64,000 nt of DNA from Candidatus Eiseniibacteriota bacterium (GCA_963707915.1 OY970178.1:1344001-1408000), one strand, 5' to 3'. Positions 29,248-42,753 are shown, counted from the first letter of the stretch. Program-made: numbers and translations. Notes: generated by a model not told the origin, from the letters alone.

Positions 29248-30108
29248 CTAGGGCAACAGGACGACCTTCGCGACGGCGCTCGCACCGGGGGATCCCACCA
29301 GCACTCGGTAGACGCCGGGCGCGAGCCTGGTCCCGGCGTCGTCTCGTCCATCCCAGGCGATGCGCCGCGTGCCCGGCGCCGTCGCCCCGTCCTCGAGGTG
29401 CCGCACCGTGCGGCCCTGCACGTCACAGACGATGACCCGCTGCCAGCCGGCGGCCGCGGTCTCGACGAACACGGTCGCGGCCGCCCGGCACGGGTTCGGG
29501 GTCACCCTCAAGCGGGTCTTCCCGGGAGGGGCTCCGGAACCGGGCACTCCCACCGGGACCCCCATCGCGATCGCCGCGTCGGAGGAATGCGAGGGGTTCA
29601 CGAAGAATCCGGCGTTGTAGAACTGGATGTTCCGGATGCTCACCGAGGTCCACTGGGGCGGACCGGAGGAGCGGAAGCGAAGCTTGTAGAGCTGGCCGGG
29701 ACCCGGCAGGAAGAGGCCGTTGCACAGCAGCGAGTGCACGATCACGAGCGAGTCGGCGGCAGTCGTGAAGTTGTGGCTCGTACTCCCGCACGCCGTCTTC
29801 ATGTACGCGCCCTCCTGCAGGGAGAGCGGTGAGGTCGGGAGGAGCGTGAGCGCCGCGGGGTCGTACGCGATGGTCGCGACGTAGGCGTTGAAGAGGCTGC
29901 CGGCCTCGGTCACCTGGAGCTCGAGGGTGAACTCGCTGCCGGGACTCACGTACGCCGAGTCGGGAAGGACGGCGACGGTCACACCCGAGGCGTTCGCGAT
30001 CGCGTGCGGCAGGCATGCCAGCAGCAAGGCCGCGACCCAGCCGAGCACCGGCGGGGAGCCGCGTGGATGCACCTTCGCCCGGAAGTCGTTCGCGCGCTCC
30101 ACCGTCAT
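29248..30108 (-). CDS. Secreted cohesin-like + FlgD Ig-like protein (paralog of 13916-14743); start uncertain
   Basis: GVTVAVLP...PGSEFTLELQVTEAGSLFNAY...YDPAAL...SLQEGAYMKTACGST...LPGPGQLYKLRFR; PNP...WDGRDDAG tail. Confidence 0.75.
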   Translation of the reverse strand: MTVERANDFRAKVHPRGSPPVLGWVAALLLACLPHAIANASGVTVAVLPDSAYVSPGSEFTLELQVTEAGSLFNAYVATIAYDPAALTLLPTSPLSLQEGAYMKTACGSTSHNFTTAADSLVIVHSLLCNGLFLPGPGQLYKLRFRSSGPPQWTSVSIRNIQFYNAGFFVNPSHSSDAAIAMGVPVGVPGSGAPPGKTRLRVTPNPCRAAATVFVETAAAGWQRVIVCDVQGRTVRHLEDGATAPGTRRIAWDGRDDAGTRLAPGVYRVLVGSPGASAVAKVVLLP

Positions 30109-30416
30109 CTCGAGCGGGAACGCGCTGACGTCACGTCCCCTGTTGGAGTCGAGTAGCTGGACACGCCCGGGGCCGGTCGAATCCGGACCGGGCGGCCACC
30201 AGTTCCCTCGAAGACAAGCTCGAATCCGCGGGGCGCAGGAAGCTCCACGAACCTGGGGGAGGAACGCAAACAACCATACGGCCTGAGCCGTGGCCGTTCA
30301 AGCAATGATTCCGCCGTCTCCCATCGGAGGCACCGCCTACCTGACCGTGGCACCCCGTGCCGGCCGGGCGACCGTGCCTGCGTCGCGGGAACGATCACGC
30401 CGGGCGCGGCCCCGGG

Positions 30417-32948
<2,532 letters not shown>

Positions 32949-33173
32949 GGGGACTCCTTGTGCGGCTCCGCGCGGGCGGACCGGGACCGGACCGGCGCGC
33001 GAAGGTCACTCGCGCGTCACACTACAGCCTGCGCCATCGCGATGCGAGCGAGCGCAGGGGCGCCGCCGGAACGCGCGCCGCGCGGCCGGGATCGAGGCCC
33101 GACCGCGCGGAACCGGGGCGTGGGGCCGGCCGCGCGCCGACGGACCACGGGGTCCGGCCGCGCGCGACCAGGC

Positions 33174-34433
<1,260 letters not shown>

Positions 34434-34449
34434 CGGGGGTCCCGTCTTC

Positions 34450-35034
34450 CTAGCGACGCTTCTCGATGATCTCGTCGATGAGGCCGTACGCCTTGGACTC
34501 CTCGACCGACATGAAGTAGTTGCGGTCCATGTCCTTCGAAATCTGGTCCACCGACTTGCCGGTGTGCTTCGCCATGATGCCGTTGAGCTGGTCGCGCATC
34601 TTGACCATCTCCCGGGTGTAGATCTCGATGTCGGTGGTCTGGCCCTGCGTCCCGCCCGACGGCTGGTGGATCATGATGCGCGAGTTGGGCAGCGCCGAGC
34701 GCTTGCCCTTCGCCCCCGCCGCCAGCAGCACCGCCGCCATGCTGGCCGCCTGCCCCATGCAGAGCGTGGCCACGGCGGGCTTGACGAACTGCATGGTGTC
34801 GTAGATGGCGAGTCCCGCGGTCACGTAGCCGCCCGGGCTGTGGATGTACAGGTTGATGTCGCGATCCGGATCCTCGCCCTCGAGGAAGATCATCTGCGCG
34901 ATCACCAGGTTGGCGATCGTGTCGTCGATCGGCGTGCCGATGAAGATGATGCGGTCCTTGAGCAGCCGCGAATAGATGTCGTAGGCGCGCTCGCCGCGGC
35001 CCGTCTGTTCCACCACGATGGGAACCAGTCCCAT
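34450..35034 (-). CDS. clpP: ATP-dependent Clp protease proteolytic subunit
   Basis: [26 protein letters not shown] (Ser), MIHQP (His). Confidence 0.97.
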   Translation of the reverse strand: MGLVPIVVEQTGRGERAYDIYSRLLKDRIIFIGTPIDDTIANLVIAQMIFLEGEDPDRDINLYIHSPGGYVTAGLAIYDTMQFVKPAVATLCMGQAASMAAVLLAAGAKGKRSALPNSRIMIHQPSGGTQGQTTDIEIYTREMVKMRDQLNGIMAKHTGKSVDQISKDMDRNYFMSVEESKAYGLIDEIIEKRR

Positions 35035-35063
35035 GAGCCCCTACCTCCCTGTTCCGTCCCGAC

Positions 35064-36386
35064 TCAACGGCCGGCCGGTATGATGAGCGGCGCTGCACCC
35101 GCCGCCACGTCCTCGATCTCGGCCGCGTCGATCAACCAGTCCAGCGCCTTGTGCTCCAGCAGCGAGTCGCGCAGGGCTTCGCGCCGCTCGGCCGACTGGT
35201 AGCGCGCCCGCACCCGGGCCGCCTGCCGCGGGTCCGACTGCGCCATGCGCTGGATCTCCCCGGCCACCTCCTCGTCGCTGACCTCGAGCTTCTCCTGGCG
35301 CGCCACCGCGTCCAGCAGGATCTCGCGCTTCAGCGAGTGCTCCACGCCCGGACGGTACCGTTCCTCGAGCTGCTTGCGCAGGTCGTCGGGGACCGTCCGC
35401 CCCTGGACCGCCTCCTCGATCACCCGCTCGAGCGTGCGCTGCGTCAGCCCGCCCGGCAGGTCGAAGGGGTTGCGACGGACGAGCTCGGCGGACACCGCCG
35501 AGTCCAGCTCCCGCCGCACCCGAACGCGCTCCTCTCCCTCGAGGTTCTGGCGGACGCGCGAACGCAGCTCCTCGAGCGACGGCAGCCCGAAGACCTCCCG
35601 GGCGAGGTTATCGTCCAGGTCACGCAGTTTCTTCTCCTGGATTTTCCGCACCGAGACCAGGTACCGGGCGCTCTTCCCGGCCAGCTCCCCGGCCGGGTAG
35701 TCGGCCGGGTACTGGATCTCGACGGTGCGCTCCTGGCCGGCCTCCGCCCCCAGCAGCCCGCTCTCGAGCTCGGGCGCCACCCCCGCGGCCCCCAGCTCGA
35801 TGCGCCGGTTCTTCGCCCGCGTGCCCGACATGCGCCGGCCATTGGCGTCCACCCGGACCGAGTCGAGCAGCACCACGTCGCCGCGCCCGGCCGGCCGGGC
35901 CAGGTCCGCGAAGACCGCCGAGTCCTCGAGGAGCTGCTGCAGGACGGCGGCCACCGCGGTGTCCTCCACGGGGGCGGCGCTGCGCTGCACACGGATGCCC
36001 TTGTAGTCCTTCGCCTCCACCTCGGGCCGGACCTCGACCACCGCCTCGAAGCTCAGCGGCTTGCCGGGCCCGAAGTTGAGGTTGCGCACGATCGGCGTGA
36101 CGACCGGCATGAGCTTCGCCTCGGCGATGGCCTCGGTGGCGAAGCGCGGCACGAAGGTCTCGAGGAACTCCTGCTCCACCGCCTCCGCGTACTGCTGCCG
36201 CACCATGTCGAGCGGCACCTTTCCCTTGCGGAAGCCGGGCAGGCTCGCCCGGCGCTGCATCTGGCGGGCGACTTCCTCCAGCCTGCGCTCCACTTCCTCC
36301 GCCGGGACCTCGATGTCCAGCGTGTGCTGCCAGTTGCCGGTCGAACGTACGGTCTGGTTCATGCGTCGAGTCTCACTCCGTGACAT
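35064..36386 (-). CDS. tig: Trigger factor (alternative start 36362)
   Basis: PGFRKGKVP ribosome-binding signature; canonical tig-clpP-clpX-lon order. Confidence 0.92.
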   Translation of the reverse strand: MSRSETRRMNQTVRSTGNWQHTLDIEVPAEEVERRLEEVARQMQRRASLPGFRKGKVPLDMVRQQYAEAVEQEFLETFVPRFATEAIAEAKLMPVVTPIVRNLNFGPGKPLSFEAVVEVRPEVEAKDYKGIRVQRSAAPVEDTAVAAVLQQLLEDSAVFADLARPAGRGDVVLLDSVRVDANGRRMSGTRAKNRRIELGAAGVAPELESGLLGAEAGQERTVEIQYPADYPAGELAGKSARYLVSVRKIQEKKLRDLDDNLAREVFGLPSLEELRSRVRQNLEGEERVRVRRELDSAVSAELVRRNPFDLPGGLTQRTLERVIEEAVQGRTVPDDLRKQLEERYRPGVEHSLKREILLDAVARQEKLEVSDEEVAGEIQRMAQSDPRQAARVRARYQSAERREALRDSLLEHKALDWLIDAAEIEDVAAGAAPLIIPAGR

Positions 36387-36411
36387 GGAAGGAACGTCGG
36401 TCCGGGGATTC

Positions 36412-36493
36412 TGCGAGAGGGGGGATTCGAACCCCCAAGAGTTTCCCCACCGGATCCTAAATCCGGCGCGTCTGCCAGTTCCGCCACTCTCGC
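36412..36493 (-). tRNA. tRNA-Leu (anticodon TAG), CCA not encoded
   Basis: Reverse complement GCGAGAGTGGCGGAACTGGCAGACGCGCCGGATTTAGGATCCGGTGGGGAAACTCTTGGGGGTTCGAATCCCCCCTCTCGCA: acceptor stem, D-loop, CCGGA/TCCGG anticodon stem, long variable arm, GTTCGAA T-loop. Confidence 0.95.
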
Positions 36494-36573
36494 ACTGGAA
36501 GTCCTGGGGAACCGCGGACCCCGGGATCCGGCAGTCCGTCCCGGGCCGGGGCCACCGGGCCGGAAGCGGGCGC

Positions 36574-36582
36574 AGTCTAGCA
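36574..36582 (-). promoter_or_regulatory. Possible extended -10 promoter for tRNA-Leu/tig operon
   Basis: Minus strand TG-C-TAGACT, about 80 nt upstream of the tRNA. Confidence 0.4.
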
Positions 36583-36653
36583 CATGGCGCCGGGCGCGGA
36601 CCGGGGGCCCCGGGCGGCCGGGCGGGCTCGTCCGCGTCCCGCTCCGGGCCTCC

Positions 36654-37778
36654 TCAGATCCCGACCGTCACGCCGGCGACCACCCGGTCGTCGTACGACG
36701 CGGCCCGCCCGGGGCGGGCGAACGAGCGGCGCATCGCGCCCAGGTCGAACCGCAGGGTGCCGGACTTCCAGCCCGCGCCCAGCGCGAAGGCGCCGGCACG
36801 CGGTTCGGGCGCGCCGTCCTGCTGCTCCTGGCCCAATCCGAAGCGGATGGTGAGCGGCTGCCCGGGCTCCTCGTACTCGAATCCCCCGGTCCAGCTCGCC
36901 GCGCGCCCGCTCGTGGCGCCGAAGCCGTCCCACGCCTGCGCGGTGCGGCCTCCCAGCGAGGCGAACACGCGCAGCACCTCGGTCACGCTCCAGCGTGCCG
37001 AGAGGCCCCCCTCCCAGCCCGCCGCGCGCGCCGCCGCGACGTCCTGCACGAGCTCCCCGGCGGCGCGCGTCTCCGTGCCGCGGAGATCGAGCGACGGCAC
37101 GTAGCGCAGCGCGGCACCGAGCGTGACGGCCGCGGCGACCGGCACGCGCGCGCCCGCCTGGAAGCCGACGCCGTCGCCGGAGAAGTCCACGTGGTCCTGA
37201 CGGCCCTGGTAGACCGATCGGAAGTCGTAGGAGTCCTCGCGGCGCGTCCATTCCACCGCCGCACCGAGCCGCGCTCCCCGCCAGGCCCGCGACAGCGCCA
37301 GCCCGGCGCGCAGCTCGCGCGCGCTGCTGGTGACGGCGAAGGTGCCCGGGGGCCCCGTGTCGTCCGGCTTGGTGGTGAACGTCGCGTCCTCGGACCGCAG
37401 CACGGGATCGAAGGCGTAGAGCGTGAGCCCCACGCCGCGCACCGGGAGCGACAGCCAGCCCCCCGCGAGGTCCAGGTTGCCCTGCGTCTCCTGGTAGTTG
37501 GCGTAGTCCACGAGCAGGTCCTGCCGCTTCACCCGCTGGAACTCGGGCGCCACCATGACGCCGCGGGCCGGCGCGGCCGAGGGATTGTCGAACGGCTCGT
37601 CGCCCAGCCAGCGGTCGGAGAGCCCGAGCCCGGTCGACGTCGCGGACGCCGGGCCCGAGAAAGCGCCCGGGAAGGAGTAGAAGCGAACGAGGTCGAGCGG
37701 GGCGGGAGCCTGGGCTGCCGCACCCGAAGCCGTGATCAGGAGCACGGCCGCACACCAGCAGGACAACGAGGTCCGCAT
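36654..37778 (-). CDS. Putative outer-membrane beta-barrel protein (FadL/PorV-like)
   Basis: Signal peptide; N-terminal plug-like 'GLGLS...FDNPSA'; alternating amphipathic beta-strands; terminal VAGVTVGI strand. Confidence 0.6.
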   Translation of the reverse strand: MRTSLSCWCAAVLLITASGAAAQAPAPLDLVRFYSFPGAFSGPASATSTGLGLSDRWLGDEPFDNPSAAPARGVMVAPEFQRVKRQDLLVDYANYQETQGNLDLAGGWLSLPVRGVGLTLYAFDPVLRSEDATFTTKPDDTGPPGTFAVTSSARELRAGLALSRAWRGARLGAAVEWTRREDSYDFRSVYQGRQDHVDFSGDGVGFQAGARVPVAAAVTLGAALRYVPSLDLRGTETRAAGELVQDVAAARAAGWEGGLSARWSVTEVLRVFASLGGRTAQAWDGFGATSGRAASWTGGFEYEEPGQPLTIRFGLGQEQQDGAPEPRAGAFALGAGWKSGTLRFDLGAMRRSFARPGRAASYDDRVVAGVTVGI

Positions 37779-37780
37779 GT

Positions 37781-38998
37781 TCACGCTCCGTACTTGTCGA
37801 GGCGGCCGGCGTTCGCCATCAGCACGGCCATCAGGTCCTTGCTCGGGAACACGCCGAGGCTTCCGGCGCGCGCGTTCCGCTCGTGGAAACGGGGCAGCCG
37901 GTCCGCGCCGCAGAAGGGCGCGTGCACCAGCGTCGGCACCGGGTGCCAGGAGTGCTGCTTCACGGGCACCGGCGTCGAGTGGTCGCCGCTCACGCACAGC
38001 ACGTCGGGCGCGAGCGCGAGCAGCGCGGGCAGGGCCTGGTCCACGGCCTCGATGGTGGCGACCTTGGCGGCGAAGTCGCCGTCCTCGCCGGCCTGGTCGG
38101 TGCCCTTGACGTGGATGAAGAAGAAGTCGTGGTCGTTCCACGCCTTCGCGGCCGCCGCGAAGGCGTCGCCGGGGGTGTCGCCCACCGGCAGCACCGCCAT
38201 CCCGGCGAGCTGCGCCACCCCGCGGTACATCGGGTAGGCGGCCAGCGCCGCGGCGCGCAGCTTGAAGCGCTCGCGGAGGCCCGGGAAGTGCGGGTGCGCC
38301 GAGAAGCCGCGCATCAGCGCCGCGTTGGCCGGGCGCTCGTCCTTCAGCACCTCGGCGGCCCGCGCGACCAGCGCGTTGACGATGCGTGCGGTCTTCGTCG
38401 CGCCGGCCTCCTTCGTCAGCGGGAGCGCCGGCGGGATCTTCTTTCCCTCCTTGTGCGGATCGGCGTCGCTCACGTCGCCCGTCATCCCGGGACCGCGCAG
38501 CACCACGACGAAGCGGTGCCCCTTGCCGGGACGGATCAGGATCTCGACGTCCTCGAGGCGCGGGACCGCCGTCGTCAGGCGCGCCACCAGCCGCGCGCAC
38601 TCCTCGCTCGGGATGCGTCCCGCGCGCCGGTCGGTGATCACCCCGGCGGCATCCACGGTGCAGAAGTTGGCGCGGGCTGCGACGTCGCCGGGCTGGAGCT
38701 CGAAGCCGGCGCCGATGGCCTCCAGCACGCCGCGCCCCACCACGGTCTCGACCGGGTCGTAGCCGAAGAGCGCGAGATGCCCGGGACCGCTGCCGGGCGT
38801 GATCCCGGTCGCGACCGGCAGGATCCGCCCCATCGCGCAGCCCGGCGCGAGCGCGTCGAAGTTCGGCGTGCGTGCCGCTTCGAGCGGGGTGAGCCACTCG
38901 CGCTCACGGTTCGGCAGGTCACCCAGCCCGTCGAGGACGAGCAGGACGATCCGGGTCGTGTTCTCGATGGCGAGCGATTCGACGAGCGATGGGGTCAC
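37781..38998 (-). CDS. apgM: 2,3-bisphosphoglycerate-independent phosphoglycerate mutase, archaeal ApgM type
   Basis: LVLDGLGD, TPLEAARTPNFD, PGSGPGHLALFGYDP, DRRAGRI, HVKGTDQAGEDG, GDHSTP...HSWHPVP. GTG start with GAAGGAG RBS. Confidence 0.9.
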   Translation of the reverse strand: MTPSLVESLAIENTTRIVLLVLDGLGDLPNREREWLTPLEAARTPNFDALAPGCAMGRILPVATGITPGSGPGHLALFGYDPVETVVGRGVLEAIGAGFELQPGDVAARANFCTVDAAGVITDRRAGRIPSEECARLVARLTTAVPRLEDVEILIRPGKGHRFVVVLRGPGMTGDVSDADPHKEGKKIPPALPLTKEAGATKTARIVNALVARAAEVLKDERPANAALMRGFSAHPHFPGLRERFKLRAAALAAYPMYRGVAQLAGMAVLPVGDTPGDAFAAAAKAWNDHDFFFIHVKGTDQAGEDGDFAAKVATIEAVDQALPALLALAPDVLCVSGDHSTPVPVKQHSWHPVPTLVHAPFCGADRLPRFHERNARAGSLGVFPSKDLMAVLMANAGRLDKYGA

Positions 38999-39287
38999 GA
39001 AAGACGCTCCTTCGGAATGGCAGGGGTGGTCGCGGGCCCGGGTCCGGGCCCGCGGCCGAAGGAGGCCCGGCGGCTCACTCCCCCGGCAGGACCGGTCGGA
39101 TGGACTGTAGCGAAAACCCGGCCGCGCGAGAAGCGCGACCTGCGGCCCCCGCCGCCCGCTGCGACCCCGCGGACGAACCGGCCTCGACCGGGCCGCGGGG
39201 GCGCGGCCACGCCGGGACCCGGCCCGGGCGGGCGACGGCGCGGCTCCCCCTTCACGCACGACTCGAAGTCCCCTCCGGGAGCCCGGT

Positions 39288-39707
39288 TCACTCGCCGATC
39301 ACCTTGACCAGGACGCGCTTCCTGCGGCGGCCGTCGAATTCGCCGTAGAAGATCTGCTCCCAGCGCCCGAGGTCGAGCCGGCCGGCGGTCACGGCCACGA
39401 CCACCTCGCGTCCCATGACCTGCCGCTTGAGGTGCGCGTCCGCGTTGTCCTCCCCCGTGTCGTTGTGACGGTACTGCTCGACCGGCGCGTGCGGCGCCAG
39501 GCGCTCGAGCCAGCGCTCGTAGTCGCCGTGCAGCCCGGCCTCGTCGTCGTTGATGAAGACGCTGGCCGTGATGTGCATGGGATTCGCCAGCACCAGCCCC
39601 TCGCGCACCCCGCTCTCGCGCACCACGCGCTCCACCTCGGGCGTGATGTTCACGAACCCGCGCCGGTGCGGCAGTTCCATCGTCAGGTACTCGGTCTTCG
39701 ACTTCAT
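39288..39707 (-). CDS. yjbQ: YjbQ/UPF0047 family protein (secondary thiamine-phosphate synthase)
   Basis: [37 protein letters not shown]. Confidence 0.9.
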   Translation of the reverse strand: MKSKTEYLTMELPHRRGFVNITPEVERVVRESGVREGLVLANPMHITASVFINDDEAGLHGDYERWLERLAPHAPVEQYRHNDTGEDNADAHLKRQVMGREVVVAVTAGRLDLGRWEQIFYGEFDGRRRKRVLVKVIGE

Positions 39708-40044
39708 CGGCTCGTCGCCCTCCGCTGCGCGCGGTCGTCGCCGCCTTCCGGACGCGCACGACGGTCGTGGCGTCCCGGCACCTGCCCATCCCCCGGTCCG
39801 GGACCGGACCGGGGCCCGAGTCTCGCACAGAGCGGCACTCGGGGAATCACCTTCGCTTGATCCGGCCTCTCAGGCGTGAGCGGCAATCGTCTGCCGCACA
39901 ACGCGGTCCCGGGCACCCCCGCCCCACCCCGTGCCCCGGCGGCGGCGGCCGGCCGGAGCGCCGTGCGCCGGTTGTGGGAGGGTGTCCGGCGGGCTACTCT
40001 GCGGCCTCGCCCGACGACCCGTCACCCTGGAGTCTCCGAGCCCC

Positions 40045-41298
40045 ATGGATCAGCCAGCGCCGATGTACGACTGGAACGAGGCCGGCGAGCGCTGGGAGAA
40101 GCCCGCGTTCCGCATCCAGATCGACGACCAGACGCTGCGCGACGGGCTGCAGGCTTCCTCGGTGCACAGCCCCACGCTCGAACGCAAGATCGCCATCCTG
40201 CACCTGATGGACCGGATCGGCGTGGACACCGCCGACCTCGGCCTGCCGGGCGCCGGTCCGCACGCGGCGCGCGAGGTGACGCGGCTCGCCCAGGAGATCC
40301 GCGACGCGCGGCTCGCCATCCGCGCGAACTGCGCGGCGCGGCCGCTGCGGACCGACATCGCGGCCATCCTCGAGATCTCGCAGGCGGTGGGTTTCCCGAT
40401 CGAGGTGTGCGTGTTCATCGGCTCCTCCCCCATCCGGCGCTACGCCGAGGGCTGGACGGTGGACCAGATGCAGCGCAGCACCGAGGAGGCCGTGGGCTAC
40501 GCGCTCACCAGCGGGCTGCCGGTGACCTGCGTGACCGAGGACACCGTGCGCGCCGGGCCCGACACCCTGCGCCGGCTGTTCCTCGCCGCGATCCGCAGCG
40601 GCGCCGGGCGGCTCTGCCTCTCCGACACGGTGGGGCACGCCACCCCGGCGGGCGCGGCGGGCCTGGTGCGCTTCGCGCGCGAGGTGGTGCGCGAGAGCGG
40701 CGCGGAGGTGGGCCTCGACTGGCACGGGCACTCCGACCGCGGCCTCGGCGTCGCCAACACGCTGAGCGCGATCCGGGCCGGGGTGAGCCGCGCGCACGGC
40801 TGCGCGCTCGGCCTGGGCGAGCGCGCGGGCAACACGCCGCTGGACCAGTTGCTCGTGAACCTGCGGCTGCTGGGCTGGATCGACAACGACCTCACCGCGC
40901 TCGACGAGTACTGCCACGCGGTGAGCTCCGCGACCGGCGTGCCGATCCCGCCCGGCTACCCTGCGATCGGCCGCGACGCCTTCCGCAGCGGCAGCGCCGT
41001 GCACGCCGCGGCGATGCTCAAGGCCGTGCGCGAAGGGCGGGAGACGATCGCGGAGCGGGCCTACTCCGGCGTGCCGGCGGAACTCGTCGGACGCCGCCAG
41101 GACATCGAGATCGGCCCGCTCAGCGGTGCGGCCAACGCGGCCTGGTGGCTCCAGAGCCGCGATCTCGACCCCACGCCCGAGCGCGCACAGGCGCTGCTCC
41201 AGCGTGCGCGCAGCGTGGATCGCGTCCTCACCGAGACCGAGATCCGCGCGGTGCTGGACTCCCTCGAGGAGACCCGCGAGCCGCGGGAGCTGCCATGA
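40045..41298 (+). CDS. LeuA-family (2-isopropylmalate/homocitrate synthase-like) DRE-TIM enzyme lacking the regulatory domain
   Basis: DQTLRDGLQ, LSDTVG, HGHSDRGLG, GLGERAGN, GPLSG. Confidence 0.8.
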   Translation: MDQPAPMYDWNEAGERWEKPAFRIQIDDQTLRDGLQASSVHSPTLERKIAILHLMDRIGVDTADLGLPGAGPHAAREVTRLAQEIRDARLAIRANCAARPLRTDIAAILEISQAVGFPIEVCVFIGSSPIRRYAEGWTVDQMQRSTEEAVGYALTSGLPVTCVTEDTVRAGPDTLRRLFLAAIRSGAGRLCLSDTVGHATPAGAAGLVRFAREVVRESGAEVGLDWHGHSDRGLGVANTLSAIRAGVSRAHGCALGLGERAGNTPLDQLLVNLRLLGWIDNDLTALDEYCHAVSSATGVPIPPGYPAIGRDAFRSGSAVHAAAMLKAVREGRETIAERAYSGVPAELVGRRQDIEIGPLSGAANAAWWLQSRDLDPTPERAQALLQRARSVDRVLTETEIRAVLDSLEETREPRELP

Positions 41299-41389
41299 GC
41301 CGGCGGCGGACGGCGGGCCCGGCGGCGCGAACAACGGCCGGTCGCGGACCCGCCCGCCGGCCGCTCGCCAGGGCCGTCCCGCGCCCGTG

Positions 41390-41842
41390 CTAGCGGCTGC
41401 CGGAATTCTCGGCGTTGGGTGACAGCCGCCGCTCGATCCAGCGATACCACTCGAGCACGACCAGCGTGAGCACGGTGCCGAAGATGGCCAGCATGTAGGC
41501 GTGCACGCCGACGGCCGTGCCGATCGCCGCCACGATCCAGATGCTCGCCGCGGTGGTGAGGCCCGCCACGTAGCCCTCCTGGCGCATGATGCTGCCCGCG
41601 CCCAGGAAGCCCACGCCGGTGATGACCCCGTGCACGATGCGCGTGGGATCGAACTGGTTCATGCCGAAGCTCCGCATCGCGTGCGGCGCCAGCAGCACGA
41701 ACATGGTCGACCCGAGGCAGACCAGCACGTGCGTGCGCAGGCCCGCCGGCTTGTGCCCCAACTGCCGTTCCCAGCCGATGATGGTGCCGAGCACGGTCGA
41801 GAGCAGCATGGCGAGCAGGTCCCGCACCTGGGTCGGGTCCAC
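41390..41842 (-). CDS. MgtC/SapB family membrane protein
   Basis: IGWER...KPAGLRTH, DPTRI, GVGFLGAG, GLTTAASIW. Confidence 0.9.
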   Translation of the reverse strand: MDPTQVRDLLAMLLSTVLGTIIGWERQLGHKPAGLRTHVLVCLGSTMFVLLAPHAMRSFGMNQFDPTRIVHGVITGVGFLGAGSIMRQEGYVAGLTTAASIWIVAAIGTAVGVHAYMLAIFGTVLTLVVLEWYRWIERRLSPNAENSGSR

Positions 41843-41843
41843 G

Positions 41844-42638
41844 TCATCTCCCCCGGAAACCCGCGGGACGCTTCTCGAGGAAGGCCCGCAGCCCCTCGCG
41901 CATGTCCTCGGTGGCCGCCAGGCGGCCGAACCTGGCGCTCTCGAGCCGCAGCCCCGCGTCGAGCGTCACCTGCATGCCGTCCCGCATCGCCTCGATCGCC
42001 GCCGCCACGGCCAGCGGCCCGTTCTTGAGGATCGCGAGGGCGAGCGATTCGGCCTCCGCGAGCAGCGCGGCCTGCGGCACCACCCGGCTCACCAGGCCCA
42101 GCCGCAGCGCCTCGTCCGCGCGCACGCGGCGTCCGGTCGCCACCATCTCGATGGCCGGCCCCAGCCCGATGGTGCGCGGCAGCCGCTGCGTGCCGCCGTA
42201 ACCGGGGATGGCGCCCAGCCCCACCTCGGGCAGCCCCAGCACCGCGTTCTCGGCGGCGATCCGGACGTGGCAGGCCAGCGCCAACTCGCAGCCGCCGCCG
42301 AGCGCGAAGCCGTTGACGGCGGCGATGACCGGCTTCGCCGAGCGCTCGATGCCGTCCATCACGGCCTGGCCGGCGCGCGAGTATTCCTCCGCCTCGTCCG
42401 GGCCCAGGGCCGCGAGCTCCGCGATGTCGGCGCCCGCGACGAAGCTCTTCTCCCCCACGCCGGTCACGACCAGGGCGCGCTGCCCGGGGTCCTCGGTGAA
42501 GGCGCGCACCGCCCGCCCGATCTGTCCCAGGGTGTCGCGGCTCAGGGCGTTCAGCCGGTCGGGACGGTTCACCGAGAGCACCGTCACCGGGCCGCGGGGA
42601 TCGAGGAGGAGATCGGGGAACGCCGCAGCATTGCTCAT
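41844..42638 (-). CDS. Enoyl-CoA hydratase/crotonase
   Basis: NRPDRLNAL, FVAGADI, GFALGGGCEL, LPEVGLGAIPGYGGTQRL. Confidence 0.9.
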   Translation of the reverse strand: MSNAAAFPDLLLDPRGPVTVLSVNRPDRLNALSRDTLGQIGRAVRAFTEDPGQRALVVTGVGEKSFVAGADIAELAALGPDEAEEYSRAGQAVMDGIERSAKPVIAAVNGFALGGGCELALACHVRIAAENAVLGLPEVGLGAIPGYGGTQRLPRTIGLGPAIEMVATGRRVRADEALRLGLVSRVVPQAALLAEAESLALAILKNGPLAVAAAIEAMRDGMQVTLDAGLRLESARFGRLAATEDMREGLRAFLEKRPAGFRGR

Positions 42639-42753
42639 GTCGGTGGGCTCCTTGCGGCTCCGGGAAGGATGAAGGCCGGGCTCACCCGGCCTGGCGGTGC
42701 GGACCGCAGTATAGGAATCCGTCGCCACCCGAGGCAAGACCCGATGGGATCCC

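Noticed and set aside
13916..30108. Secreted-protein cluster as a mobile genomic island
   Set aside because: No integrase, transposase or flanking att repeats, and no obvious overall GC drop relative to the flanks.
30109..30416. Possible riboswitch or ncRNA upstream of the secreted-protein cluster
   Set aside because: No recognisable consensus (for example the c-di-GMP GEMM motif) by eye. An Infernal/Rfam scan would be needed.
36412..36493. tRNA-Leu as a possible integration site
   Set aside because: No integrase and no duplicated tRNA 3' end seen. tRNA-Leu upstream of tig is an ordinary arrangement.
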